Shown here: positions 22,936 to 35,725 of the stretch, piece after piece | Layout: every line of letters starts with the position of its first letter | Numbering within the stretch: the stretch's first letter is position 1 | Assembly: GCF_001194135.2 (NCBI RefSeq) | Contig: NC_068990.1 | Coordinates: 19,691,489 to 19,747,175 of the forward strand | Origin: Octopus bimaculoides | Lineage: Eukaryota | Reading direction: 5' to 3' | Length of the DNA stretch: 55,687 nucleotides | Notes under the pieces: model-generated | Database searches by the model: none | What the model was told of the DNA's origin: nothing | Seen by the model: only the letters and a program-made list of their open reading frames with translations | Position numbers and translations under genes: made by a program

Positions 22936-24407
22936 ATGTATAAGTAGAAAAGATTATTACATGGTGGATTGAATAAATACCAGCCATTTAATGGCCTCTA
23001 TATAATTTCATCTCTCACCTCTCGCATTTACTGCTTCGTGCCAGTTTTACAAATGATACTATATATTCATTTTCTGGTTTCTGTCATCGTCGTCAACGTT
23101 TCTTTCTAATTATCATCATCTTCATCATAATCATCGTCATCGTAATCCTAATGTTCCTCCTCCCCTATGGTCGTAGTAATTATCCTAATGTTTCCCCCCT
23201 CCTCCTCCTCATCATCATCATCATAACCACCATCATCATTACCATCATCATCATCATCATCTTCTATATTATCACTTTTCTTGACCTTTAAAAGAAAAAA
23301 AATTTTCTTTGATTCGTCTTGAAAATTGTTCTTCGCTAATGGCATTCATCACAATGTTTTAACTAAAAGCTGATGGATTTCTATGCTATATAAAGATACA
23401 TTCTTGCTGGGCAGCCTGTTTCCTAAAGATGAAACCGATTAATAGATTTAAAGTAACTGGCAGTCGCATATATGTATAACATTACTATCCTTATTAATAT
23501 TATCTTTATTATTTTCATTATTATTATTATTGCTATTATTATCATGTTTTATTATTAGCCGAGATTTCTATATCCAACATTTACGCTGGAACTGTCTCAT
23601 AATGCTGCTTGTGACAGAAGCGATCTTTATCTATAGGAAACACAATCCGGAATGTCTTATTTTATGTCCATACATAAATTCCTTTATTTTGACACAGTAA
23701 TGCATTGAATCTTAACATTTATTATTCGTCTATTTCTGTCTAGTCTGATCAAATTCTCTCAGAAAATGATTTTTCTGTCCCGCAGTTTTTTTTTATATTG
23801 ATGTTTAATGCATTTCACGAAGTCTTAGATGATAAAAATATTTGAGGCATAAAGATTGCGTCATTAGCTGTTTCTTATTAATTCAGTAATTTTCAAGTAT
23901 TATCGCCGATGACGGACAGAAGTAGGCTCAACAACACACAACACAAGTTCAGTTTTCAACACTGCATACGAACACCCTTATGTGCACGTAAATGAATACA
24001 GCTACACATGACCAATGGTATCATTTCGTTCTATCATTGTACATTCTGTGGATTTTCACATTCAGAACTGTACATGGTCAGCTACACAGTGAATTTCACA
24101 GATAACTTTCTTTCAGAATATATTTCTATGTCAAAAGTTATACATCTCCAGTTGCTTGGATCATTTATGACAGTATCAGACTTCGTCAGTTTGGATGGCA
24201 TATTGCAGAAAATTCTGTAATCCTTTTCGTCATTGACCTCAATTGTCTTGTTTATATACTTCTGGTATATTTCCCTACGCCTTTTTATCCCAATTAATAT
24301 ATTCGGGCTTTGTTAGTTCTAGAAATCCAGGAACAATATTTTCCCTGTAGTAGATTTGCTCATTTGGCTCAAATTGCTAGCCTCATCCAGAAATTAGAAG
24401 GATTTAC

Positions 24408-24537
<130 letters not shown>

Positions 24538-24641
24538 ATTATTCGCTGCGGAATTCGTGAGACGTTCTTCCGAACACGTTTAGTAAGTTAAGCTTTAAAC
24601 TATGTTTTTCACCCTGTCTGTCTCACAAATACATCATTAAC

Positions 24642-24803
24642 AGGCGCATGAGTCGCTGTGTGCTAAGTAGCTTGCTTACCAACGACATGGTTCCGGGTTC
24701 AGTCCCACTGCGTAGCACCTTGGGCAAGTGATTTCTACTATAGCCTCGGACCGACCAAAGCCTTGTGAGTGGAATTGGTAGACAGAAACTGAAAGAAGCT
24801 CGT

Positions 24804-24861
<58 letters not shown>

Positions 24862-24947
24862 TGTGTGTGTGTGTTTCTACCCCAAACATTGCTTGACAAT
24901 AGATTGTGGTGTGTTTGCGTTCCCGTAACTTAGCAGTTCGGCAAAAG
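24642..24947 (+). mobile_element. CORE-type SINE (family B), 3'-truncated
   Basis: Head, CORE and (TA)n/(GT)n; it stops after GTTCGGCAAAAG. Confidence 0.9.
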
Positions 24948-24959
24948 CATAAGAACTAG

Positions 24960-25576
24960 ACACGCACTCGTCCAGCGTCTGTGTATCACTGACTTGTGGA
25001 GCCTTGTCCAACAGCTGTTATCGCGAGTAGGACGGATCTGGTTATCAGCCGAGTCCATCGTGAAGATCGACCCACCGCCTTCTTTTGGCCTGGAAGATAG
25101 TGGCTATGGTGACGGAGGTAGTGTTGTGAACGAGACTGAAAAGACTGAAGACAGATACTTTCCTCTTCGGTGAAGCTCTCATCGACTTTTTCAAGTTACA
25201 CTTGAAAAGGAAAGTTAGAGTGGAGAGCGAAGATCGGTACCCCACTAAATTTTCTGAAAGGTTGGTCTATGTGGTGAGAATGCCCCGTGCGAATGGGCCT
25301 ACCCTGAACTTTCGTTTGTAAACCGGAGGAGTTGAGAAGGAAAGAAGAGCCTGCTGAAGTGCACCTGGTGATTGGGATAACCAGGTTGTTTGGAGTTCTG
25401 CAGTTGTTCCTGTGAGGCACTCAACCATTTTCAGGAATTTTCATTGTTAAACTTTCATGTGTTTTTGCATGTTTACTTATTGTACACACGGCATTATTCA
25501 ACACTTCACTTGTCCCTTGTATTGTATTGTCACTATTTGTTTTGTGTTCGGCCCTCGTTGCCAATAAAAGGAAGTA
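24960..25576 (+). mobile_element. Tx1/L1-clade LINE 3' end (ORF2 C-terminus and 3'UTR), decayed
   Basis: Joined translation HALVQRLCITDLWSLVQQLLSRVGRIWLSAESIVKIDPPP../VAMVTEVVL*TRLKRLKTDTFLFGEALIDFFKLHLKRKVRVE..LNFRL*. The HAL..C..LW stretch resembles the end of the L1/Tx1 zinc knuckle. T-rich UTR with AATAAA at about 25563. Confidence 0.7.
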
Positions 25577-25654
25577 TTACGATTGTTGTTTGTGATATTG
25601 GTGTTGTTGTTGTTGGTAGTGATGGTGTTGTTGTTATATATAGATAGGAATCCC

Positions 25655-25843
25655 TTAGCATTCCTGGAATGTGTTTAGCGAATCTAGTCCAGCTTTACGT
25701 TCGGAGTTCAAATTCCACCGAAGTCCACTTTGCCTTTCATCCTTTCGAAGTCAATAAATTAAATACCAGTCCAGCACTGGGGTCGATGCTATCGACTAGC
25801 ACCCTTCCCCCAAATTTCAGACTTTGTGCCTATAGTAGAAAGG

Positions 25844-25885
<42 letters not shown>
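25655..25885 (+). mobile_element. Family A SINE, tail type 2 ending in (ATT)n
   Basis: GAGTTCAAATTCC, core, tail CCCCAAATTTCAGACTTTGTGCCTATAGTAGAAAGG(ATT)n. Confidence 0.8.
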
Positions 25886-26720
25886 CCTTTTAGTGATTTT
25901 GAAGTCACGTTGCTTAGTTCTATTGTTATGTTTTTTCAGTAGTTATAAATATTTCGTGTGATTTTTACGATTTTCATTCGTTCCAAATTGACTTACAATT
26001 TACGTACATTTGCTCATGAGCAAGCATATTTGTGTGTGCGTGCGTGGGTCTAAGCGTGTATGTATGTCTAAGCGTTTATGTGTGTCTATATATAATATTC
26101 CTTTGAAATGGAATATATTCATGAATTACATTTTTTTAACATTCCTATTCATCAGATACTAAACTGTTTAAAATATGATTTCTTATGAGGGTTTTTTAAA
26201 ATATTTTCAGATCATAAATTTAAAAATATTTTAGACCAGATCTTCGCTTTCCTTCTTCTCCTCCTTTAACCCTTTCTGTTTCTCTTTCTTCCCCACGCTC
26301 ATAATTTTTCGTCTTTCTTTCTTCGTTGTATTCTAATTTTCACATCCTTAGACCTTCTAAGTTAAGAGATTCATTTTGATAGACGCAGAGCTATTAGATG
26401 CGAATACAATGCAATTTAAAACTGACCTTTTAGTGACGTCCGTAATGTTTTTCTGAACTTGATAAAAATATGAAAAATTAAATGAACCAAAAAATTAAGA
26501 TAAAATATCTGAAGCGCTAGTTTGAAGAAAACAGTGACATCAAAAGACGAAAGAATTTTAAGTTGCGCTGTAAAATGTCAAATGTTCTTGTAACTTAAAT
26601 GATAACAGTTTCGCAATAATCTTCTGTTATAAAGATATCTCCTGAGGTTATAGGAAAGAAAAAAAAGAAATAAATATAAATAAATAATATTAAGAAAAAT
26701 TACTTTTCTTCTTTGCTCCG

Positions 26721-26766
<46 letters not shown>

Positions 26767-27142
26767 TTCTGATATGATATTCATGAATGTGCATACATTA
26801 TGGACTAAGGGGTAATTCATCAAATAATCTGAGACTAGTTTGTAATATAGGACTTATTGTTAACCACAGACGGTTACCTGATTTCACATCACTCCTACCG
26901 GTGCAGCCATGTTTTTTTACTGTAACCAATAAATAAAAGAGGAATAGACTCTTTTGTGTACTGTCTGAAAAGAAGTGTCTGCCTGAAGAAATAAATGGTT
27001 TATGTACGTCTTATAATACTCGCGGCTTAAGTCATAATTTTGTTATTTCACGATGTTTGTCGAAATGATTTAATTATTGCAGACCATATCTTGTTGATTC
27101 AAGTGCTGTGTCAAAAGTTTCTGCTATAAACATTCATTATAT

Positions 27143-27520
27143 GAGCAATGCCGTGTGGTTAAGAAGATCACTTCGCAACTGCGTGGTTTCGGGTTCAGTT
27201 CCACTGGGCAGCATCTTCAACAAGCGTATTTATAATTCCGAACAATGCGTTTTGTGAATTTGGATTAGAAACTTTCTGGTAGTTCATTGTATAAACACAC
27301 ATACAGATATGTGTGCTTCTTTAGATTTATTCCCCCTCCCGTCACTTAAGAATCGGTGTTGGTTTCATTACGTCTCCGCAAGTTAGTAGTTCGCCCCAAA
27401 AGGGAGGATTGAATAAGAAGGCATTGAAAGACTAAGTACTTGAGTTGATTTGTTCGGCTAAACTCTGCAAAGTTGTGCCCCAGCATAGCTTCACTCCAGT
27501 GACTAAAGCAAATTAAAGAC
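27143..27520 (+). mobile_element. Old, degenerate family B SINE
   Basis: GCCGTGTGGTTAAGAAG..GGGTTCAGTTCCACTG head; tail GTGCCCCAGCATAGC..GTGACTAAAGC. Confidence 0.65.
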
Positions 27521-28989
27521 CGTTAATACAATAAATGAATTTCAAACGTAGTATCATGATTTATCATACAAACGTTTTCATATCTGTGTTATTTAACAGC
27601 AGCCTACCTCACAAATGTTTTGAATGATAGACAACAAGTAACATACGAACCATCGGTATCTCAGCTGCTTGCTCTTTCTTATTTTGGGATCTGTCACGTT
27701 TTTCATGAACGTCGTCAACGGATAAATATATTGCGTTTAAGGCATTCAAGTGAGACATTCACTGATTCTGTGATCATAATAAACATACGTATTATTTCTG
27801 CCAAAAAGTTGTGCATAAGAAGAATCTCGCTTGAAGAAGTATTATAACAATACATCGTAAAGTATATTGCATAACATTTCTCAAATACAAATGATTTACC
27901 ATTTTAATAGTATAATATAAATGCATGTTTCTTGTATCTGGCGTCTACATATAACATAAATGCATGTTTCTTGTATTTGGCGTCTACATATTTTCCAAGA
28001 AGATTATAACCTTCCTGGAAGATATGTAATAAAAAAACATGAATCGGACTTAGTTTGCCAAATGTTCCTGTACACTATTAGTAATTAATGGATTAAAGCT
28101 ACTCTTGTTTCAAAAATTCATTTTCCTATCTTAGATGCAGTAATGAATTTAATTTCTTGTACGATGAAAAATTAGATTGCTTAGTATTCGGCCAAGATCC
28201 ATCTTTAGTATTGTTTTAAGAGCGCTCGGAAATCAGAAAATTGCGTTTGGTTGGATTACATGAACACATAAATCCATTGCTTAAATATATTCATTGATTT
28301 AATATGAACTAAATTCTTAAATGTCGATGCTTTCTCTTCGCTCGTATTTCCCGAGAAAAAGCGTCATTTACAAAAGCTTAAATGAGCGTTATCTAGTTAT
28401 TTGCATGTGAATCACTATTGGCGATATATATTCATATCTATTAACTATTTTTTTAATGTAGCTGAGCAATAAACAAGCATTGCTCTTCTAATTAGTATCA
28501 AAATAACTTCGTTATTGGTTTGTCAATTAGCCGAAATTGGACACTAAAAGATTAGGAATTGATATATTCAATCAAATGATGCTGTCTTTTATTAAAAACA
28601 AAAACAGCAAGCTAATTGCAAACGATTAATAAACGATGAGGGACTATTAGCAATTTTCATAAATTGAGTTCTTTAATTTTAATTGTTTTATTAGTTATGT
28701 TTAATGTAAATATGGATTTCGTTTAATTATATTGTGATGGCCAAGTAACGGAATCTCCAATATCCTGTCACCGATATTGCATTTCATTGCTGACAAAGGA
28801 ATTCAACATCTGCAGCCACGTTCCACTTTACCTGTTAATACAACAGTGTATTTAATTTCTATTAGCTGTACAAGCTGTGTAATAATTGATTAATGCATTA
28901 TACTGCAAATGAAATTTGAAATTCCTATATTTCTTATGATAAAAAAAAATGTTTGAATTTTTGTTGACAAATGCTCTCTACAGTTGGTC

Positions 28990-30460
28990 AGAATAACAGA
29001 GAAACTTAATATGAGATCTTCCCCTATCTTTTTAGTTATTTCACTTATCGGACTGTTACCATGGTGGGACCATAAATGTGATGAAATAATCTGGCTTTCC
29101 CATTGCTCTCACTGTTGCCATGGCATTTTGGAAGGCCTCACTGTAAAATCTTCAACTGCTCGTGATGGTTGGTGGAAGAGTAATTCTTCTTCAACGTATT
29201 ACTGTATTAGTTTGGTTGACAGAATCAAGCGACCCTAACTACTTTTCTGCTCTGATTGTCATTTGATAGAGTTCCGACCACCTTAACGTGCCCCATCCTA
29301 CTTCCACCCACTGATCTACAACATACAGCTGTAAAAATCGTCTACTTTGCATAATATAATTATCTGAATCAGTTCTTACTTGTAGTTGGTAAGCGCAAAA
29401 AATCCATGTCTGTCAATATTTGTCCATTTCAATTCTTCATATTGAGCTGCCAACCGTCTGTTCCCTCCGGTAGTAGCAGAACATAATGGAGCGGATCATA
29501 CGATCGATGGATAGAGTTTATTCGCTGAATATGTCCGTTACGACAGTATAGGATTATGTTTAAAGGGTTCTTGATATCACCCGGACCAAAGCAGCCACCT
29601 CTGAATTCATAGGCAAGTTGTACTGGTGACAGTGAGCCTCGCATGGTTTGAGCTTTCTGTCATGGTGTATAAGGATCCAAATATCCGCAGTTGCCTAAAG
29701 TTTTATAGCAGCTCGAAATGATGCTACGTATGGATTTACTTGCCGAATATAACCTTGTAGTTTCGTCAATATATCCGCTTGCAGATCATTCATATGTTTC
29801 ATCCGATTTTTGGTCTCATATTGTGTAGCAAAGAAGTACAGCTGTGCGAATGATGGCTGTTGATTGGTATCTGGCATTAAACCTCCAATGGCGTGATACA
29901 CTTTAAATCCAGTTATCGCGGTATCGACTGCACAACCGATGGACGCAAACGTGGGTGCGTTATTATACGCTCGAATATTTGTTATGAAATTGTTATCCTT
30001 CCATAACGACACAATGTCTGCCAAGAAATTGGGGATAAATTGCAGCTGAACTGTACCGTTTTTGCAACAGAGGGGGAAGTAGTTCTGCTGACCAGTGCTT
30101 TGAATAACAATGTGGACATATATAATTACCCAAGCTGCCGCAGTAGTGAGAGATAACGGAATGTTACTTTCGATAAGGAAACAAATTGTAATCTGTAATC
30201 CGTTCATAGTTGTATTCAGCGAGGGAAATGCTTACCGAGGCATTATCTCCCACTTGTATTTGCTCTTGTCTTGATTTTCGGCGAGTTAGTGTGTTCCTTA
30301 TCTGTTTCGAAGCTCTCACTTGAGGATTTTTGCGTGTTACTTGGCGAGCTAAATTGTCCCTGTTCTGTTTCGAAGCTCTCACTTCATGATTTCTCCGTGT
30401 TATCTGGCGAGCTAGCGTATCCCTGCTCTGTTCCGGCGCTCTCACTTCCGTATCACGGCG
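28990..30460 (-). mobile_element. Helitron RepHel N-terminal/Rep fragment, pseudogenised
   Basis: Ordered motifs on the minus strand: RRxxEVRAxEQxRDTLARQ repeats; LCCKNGTVQL; FITNIRAYNNAPTFASIG; VYHAIGGLMP..PSFAQLYF; LQGYIRQVNPYV; QYNLPMNSEVAALV; IQRINSIHRSYDPLHYVLLLPEGTDGW; RRFLQLYVVDQW; RITLPPTITSS*RFYSEAFQNAMATVRAMGKPDYFITF. Several stops and frameshifts. Confidence 0.92.
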
Positions 30461-30466
30461 AATTCT

Positions 30467-30510
30467 ATCAACCCCGAAATGATGAAAGGCAAAGTCGACC
30501 CCATCGGATT
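30467..30510 (-). mobile_element. Family A SINE core fragment
   Basis: ATCAACCCCGAAATGATGAAAGGCAAAGTCGACC. Confidence 0.7.
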
Positions 30511-30554
30511 TGTTATTACAATGATATCTAGTGAATGTCAACACTAATGCTATT

Positions 30555-30671
30555 GAAGCAACTGCTGCTGAAGCAACTGCTGCTGAAGCAACTGCTGCTG
30601 AAGCAACTGCTGCTGAAGCAACTGCTGCTGAAGCAACTGCTGCTGAAGCAACTGCTGCTGAAGCAACTGCT
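30555..30671. repeat. 15-bp minisatellite GAAGCAACTGCTGCT, 7 perfect copies plus a partial copy, followed by degenerate (GCT)n
   Basis: Units start at 30555, 30570 ... 30660. Confidence 0.95.
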
Positions 30672-30916
30672 AATGCTGCTGCTACTGCTGCCGCTGCAAC
30701 TATTGCTGCTTAGTACTTTAGTAAAAGGGGTAGCGGGCTGCAGATTCATGTGATACATAAAATATGCACATAGATACATACGTATATGCATACCCACAAA
30801 CATGCATAGACATATACGCAAACATATATACATACATGCATAGGTATATATACATACGTACACCCATATATACATACATATGTACGTATATACATACATA
30901 CATACACACATACATA

Positions 30917-31540
30917 ACCGTCAGAAAGATAATCTCGAGGACAAAGAAATAAGAACCCACAATATGGTAGACGCAATCGTCACTCGTAATGAAAAGGAAT
31001 ACTGGTGGAATAAACCAGTGAAGACCTCAGTAAAATGTAAGCATAACAGACCTGATATAATGATTCGGGATAGAGAAGAGAAATTGTGTACAGTTGTGAA
31101 AATTAGCTTTCCAAGTTGAAGATGAATGAAAAAGAGAACACCTATGCTGAACTATTGAGAAATCTACAGTTACTCTACAAGTTCAGCTTTATATCTGTCA
31201 TTATTGGGGCCCTCGGATATGTAACACACTGCCTAAATACCAATTTTGAGAAATTAGGCTTCTCAAAACCAGAACGGAGAAAGCTAATTCGAAGACTACA
31301 GATCCAATCCATCACTGGAACTGTAAAAAACTGTAAAACTCTCCAGAAGTTTATCATTTAAATATATATGAACAACTATATGCATGAGAATACATACATA
31401 AAACATATAAATCTGCACATACATACATAAACACACAGAAATGCACTGTTGATGTTGAAATTCCAATGAAGGAACCTTAGATCTAGGTTAGAAACCGGTT
31501 ATTTCTCTATTGGCAAGAAATCTTAAAATAAACTTAATGG
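30917..31540 (+). mobile_element. R4/Dong-like (restriction-like endonuclease) non-LTR retrotransposon, 3' end
   Basis: WWNKPVKTSVKCKHNRPDIMIRDREEKLCTVVKISFP../EKENTYAELLRNLQLLY..SVIIGALG..SITGTVKNCKT. This is an RLE PD-(D/E)xK domain with the second acidic residue replaced by K. (CATA)n flanks both sides. Confidence 0.85.
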
Positions 31541-31559
31541 CATACATACATACATACAC

Positions 31560-31785
31560 ACATACATACATCGCCATGATAGATCGCTGACTACTACACA
31601 CATTTTTTCTCTCCTTGTTTCTCTCCTTGTTTCTCTCCTTGTTTCTTTCTGTGTTCCTTTCTGTGGAAGAGCGTAGGTTCGAAACGTTAAATACTTGTTC
31701 AATTCCCGAGCGTTATACTAATACATCTATTTGTTTTCTACACCACCTGTCTTCGTCTGTTGTTTTTTTTTGTAAATTCTGCCTA
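31560..31785 (+). mobile_element. Penelope-like terminal repeat with degenerate hammerhead-like motif (31658-31691)
   Basis: TTT-CTGTGGA-A-GAGC-GTAG-GTTC-GAAAC-GTT-AAA, embedded between (CATA)n tracts. Confidence 0.55.
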
Positions 31786-34700
31786 TACATACATACTTAC
31801 ATGCATACATACATACATACACACACTCAATGCATGTTTTGTATGCATGTGACTGGAAAGGAAAATGGAACTAGTGAGAGATAGAATTACATTTACACAC
31901 AAACACACACACACACATACACACATATATGTACGGATATGTGTGTCTGTATATATATCTATTGGCGTATTTATATATGCATATATGTTTGTATATATAT
32001 ATATANNNNNNNNNNATATATAAATGGCTGCAGAAAATAAGTTCCACCGAAACACACTAAAGTAAGAAATCAGTGATAATAACATTAGTCTCATCCTTCT
32101 TCGTTTCTTGTTTTTCACTGACAACCAACGCGATATAAATCCAATTATTCCCCAACCTTGATATCAATGCCTACCTAATCCTGTTTGACTCATCTCGACA
32201 CATTTGTGCAAGTGTTAGATAACACATATATCTTTACACCACATTACAAATTTTCTCTGTGCAACGTGCATTTCGAAATGGAGTTTAACACCCATAATAA
32301 TTGCATTAAGAGTGTTGCTCTTACTTTCTATTGGTCTTAACAGAATCTCGCCATCTATCAACTATCACACATATTGATATCGCTGGCTTTATGCTCTCGC
32401 GTGTTTGTCACAATTGAACAGGGGAAGATTCTAATGAATAGGAAATTCTAATTACAGAGGCGGTTTCGTATGTATATGTTATGGAGCGACAAAGATGACT
32501 TTCTACTGTAGGATACGTATTTTAGTACCTCTAGTCTCATTAAATGTTTATAACATTTTAGCTCTGTGCAACAATGTTGTGAACGTTGTTGCTATTACCT
32601 ATTAAATTGAAATCTTTTCATTCCTAAGTTACAGTACATCGGAGATATGGATAAGACAGTTACAAGTGTACCAGTGAAGAGATTGGTAGGACAGAAAGGA
32701 GTGAAGTGCTGCTTCGTATTTAAAAGTCACGTTATATACTATTTAATGTAATTCATCTATTCATTTGGAAGATAACGGTAGCCTCCATATTTAGCAGGAA
32801 TCGATTAAAATTGATTCGAAATATGTGAATATTTTGACATAGAAGGAAGGGCTAAATTCCAGTGAAGTTTCTTCAATGGAATAAATTCCTTTAATATGTC
32901 ATAAGAATCTCGAATGTTAGATACACATATTTAACTTATTGTCTAAATGTAAATGCGTCTTTGTAAAATATATTGGACTGTAATCATTAAAGAAAAATCC
33001 ATTCAACAGATAAGAAATCATTTCTATTAGATAAAAGATTGTTATTAAAAAAATCAGAACAACGAAAATAATGCCATCTCAATACATGAACTCCATGTTT
33101 TCATTCCTAGTCGTTTCGTGATCCAATTTGTATTTCATCCTTCTGCTTTTGAGAGATTTCATCCTTCTGCTTTTGAATACTAGAGATTATTAAGCGACTG
33201 TGTCTCCACCTTTCTATTTATCTTTGCACAAGTACTAGAAGTATGTAAGTAATAAAGAATTATATCCTTGTTTTTCATGGAGATATGAACGTTGGAATGC
33301 TGATTTTACATGTGATTGCAGGCATAGGCAATTGCTGTACCTGCAATTATTTATGTCTTTATATATAGAAAATTGGGGGATATAATGATCTTTAGATTTT
33401 AAAGCTTCCAGGTTAGCTAATGCTGCTAATATTACTATATATTAAAGTATTTATTTTCTTGAACAATCTGAGGGAGAGCGTTTTGGTTTGGTGTCGCAGT
33501 AAATCGTAAATCATGATGTTGAGATGTTGCAGTTAGTATTATCATTGGAAAAGGTATCTATTTCAATTATCAACGCTGAAAATTTTTCCTATCATTCATA
33601 TCGATATCCAATTCGGCTTGATTGATATTTCGTTTCAGTTTAAATGCTTCTTTCTGAGCAGAAGTCTGTAACGATGGCAGAAGCGCTATCCTCATAATTA
33701 TAAATCTATGGCATTGCTATGTTTTTGAAACCAAACTGGGCCCGATTCATCTTGCAGAAATACAGTAGCTATTCGTGTTCTACAAGATTGTTTGTCCTCA
33801 ACGAGAAAACCATTTCAAGAAGATTCGTCCGGTATTCTCGATATTTGTTTCATTGGTTGGAGAAGCCAAAATGAAAATAAAACAAATTGATTAAAATCTT
33901 TCAGAATACCTGTCGTATGATGGTATGCTATTGTTCACAGGTGTATGTACTAAGCAAAAACTATCTGAATCAAAAACAGCTTTATTCCCTCTTCAGAAAC
34001 AGGAAATATTCGTAACATATTGTGAATAAACCAAATCAACCAACCAATCACACGACATTGTAGCTATACAAACGTTGTCTTATAACTAAATCAAAATATA
34101 TAATTATTTCATTGATTGACTTGGTTTGTGTTTGCTGTAGAAACACAAGATAGATTTAATAGTACGGGCTAACACTTAACAGACTATATACACTTCTATA
34201 TTATTAATGTTATTCAAGACTTGCTTTTCTGATTATTAGATTATTAGAAGACTGTTGTAATTCAAAATGTCATTGCTCGATCATTGTTGCACTTAAAACT
34301 GTATTAAACACCACCACTTTGGCTATTCGCCATCACTGCCACAAGCTGATTTACTGTATTGTCTTACGTTGTTTACATTTTACAACTAGCGATGCAGTGC
34401 ACATGGGTATCACTGATCTTTATAAATCATTCATTTCCATTACAGTCGGTATTGATTTGTAAAGTCTATCTTAGTTTGAAAGTTTATGTGGAAATACAGA
34501 TGACATATAATTGTTGTTGTGATGTTTTTGTTAAGTTTGTTTGTGTGGGTTTTGAAGGCGTTCATTTTTCATTACTATACACATGTACGCATTCATACAG
34601 AAATTCATGTACATACACCACATGTACAGACATGCATAGACGTATACATACTAATATGTTTGTGTGTGTATGTGTGCGTGTGTGCGAGCGTCCGTGCGCG

Positions 34701-35230
34701 TGCGTGTGTACGTGTGTGTGTGTTAATATAAACAAACGGATGAATAAAATATGTGAATGGACAAATAAATACAGAAGCTATAATGATAGATATATACAGA
34801 GTTGCACAAAAGAAATATTTACGGAAGCAAATGAATAAAGGATGTGTGATTAGATGGGATTGAAATATCTCTAAATATAATAGATGATTGAATTATAAAT
34901 ATCATGGAGTTAAAATCCTTGAAAATGTTAAGTCCGGTGATGCTTAAAAGATGATAGCTAAATCGATTAGATGACGTAGATTTGAATAATATTAAGTTTT
35001 CATGCCATTTCTTGTAATTTTTCACAAATACAATTGCGCGAATGTAAGCATTTAGATGTATTTACATTACATGTGTTCTCTCATCCAGATGCAATAATAA
35101 AAAGACACAAGAAATCTCTATCGACATTTTCATATTCTCTTTGAAAATCACATTCTATGAGGTTATTTTTAATTGAACAGGATGGATCTAGGAGCAGAGA
35201 ATACAGGGTGTCCCAGAATTGTATATCTAG

Positions 35231-35448
35231 CAGAGGGTGCCGAAATGTTCTAGGCTTTGTGTAAAAGAAAATACAGGAGGATCAGTTTATTATAATTTTA
35301 TTCAACATATTCTCCTCTTAGATTCACACACTTATTGCGGCAGTGCTTAATTTTTTTTAAAGCCCTGTAAAAGAACTCGAAATTTTGAACCTCCAGCCAG
35401 GCCTTTCACAACACCCATAAAGCCAGGAATTTTCAACACCCTCTCGTA
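35231..35448 (-). mobile_element. Second copy of the mariner MITE
   Basis: Colinear with 19078-19286 (AGAAAATACAGGAGGATCA..TTTTATTCAACATATTCTCCTCT..). Right TIR AAAGCCAGGAATTTTCAACACCCTCTCG+TA. Confidence 0.8.
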
Positions 35449-35514
35449 TGATTTAATAGATGGTTAACTCTGAGACTATATTACTAACATCATTTTAATG
35501 TTGCAACTTACTTA

Positions 35515-35725
35515 AGAGTGCGAGCTGGCAGAATCATTTCCGTGCTGGAGAAATGCTTAATGGCATTTTTTCCACCTTGGAGTTCAAATACTACCAAGCT
35601 TCACTTTGCATTTCATCTTTTCACCGTTAACAATAAAGTAAGTACCAGAAGAGCACTGACATCGATGGAATCGACTTCCAACTCACCTCAAAATAGTTGG
35701 CCTTGTACCAAAATTCGAAAGAAAC
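35515..35725 (+). mobile_element. Degenerate family A SINE, tail type 3
   Basis: GCGAGCTGGCAGAATC head, GAGTTCAAATAC, tail TTGGCCTTGTACCAAAATTCGAAA. Confidence 0.7.

Noticed and set aside
24020-24290. Minus-strand frame IKRRREIYQ..NDPSNWRCITF
   Set aside because: No usable splice acceptor. It faintly recalls an RT DPSNYRPI motif but is too decayed to call.
27918-27990. 39-bp tandem duplication; similar 24-bp (about 33134) and 18-bp (about 46492) duplications
   Set aside because: Two-copy local slippage without spacers; not a CRISPR array.
30531-30713. (AAEAT)n as an antifreeze-like peptide gene
   Set aside because: No ATG, signal peptide or splice context; fully explained by the minisatellite.
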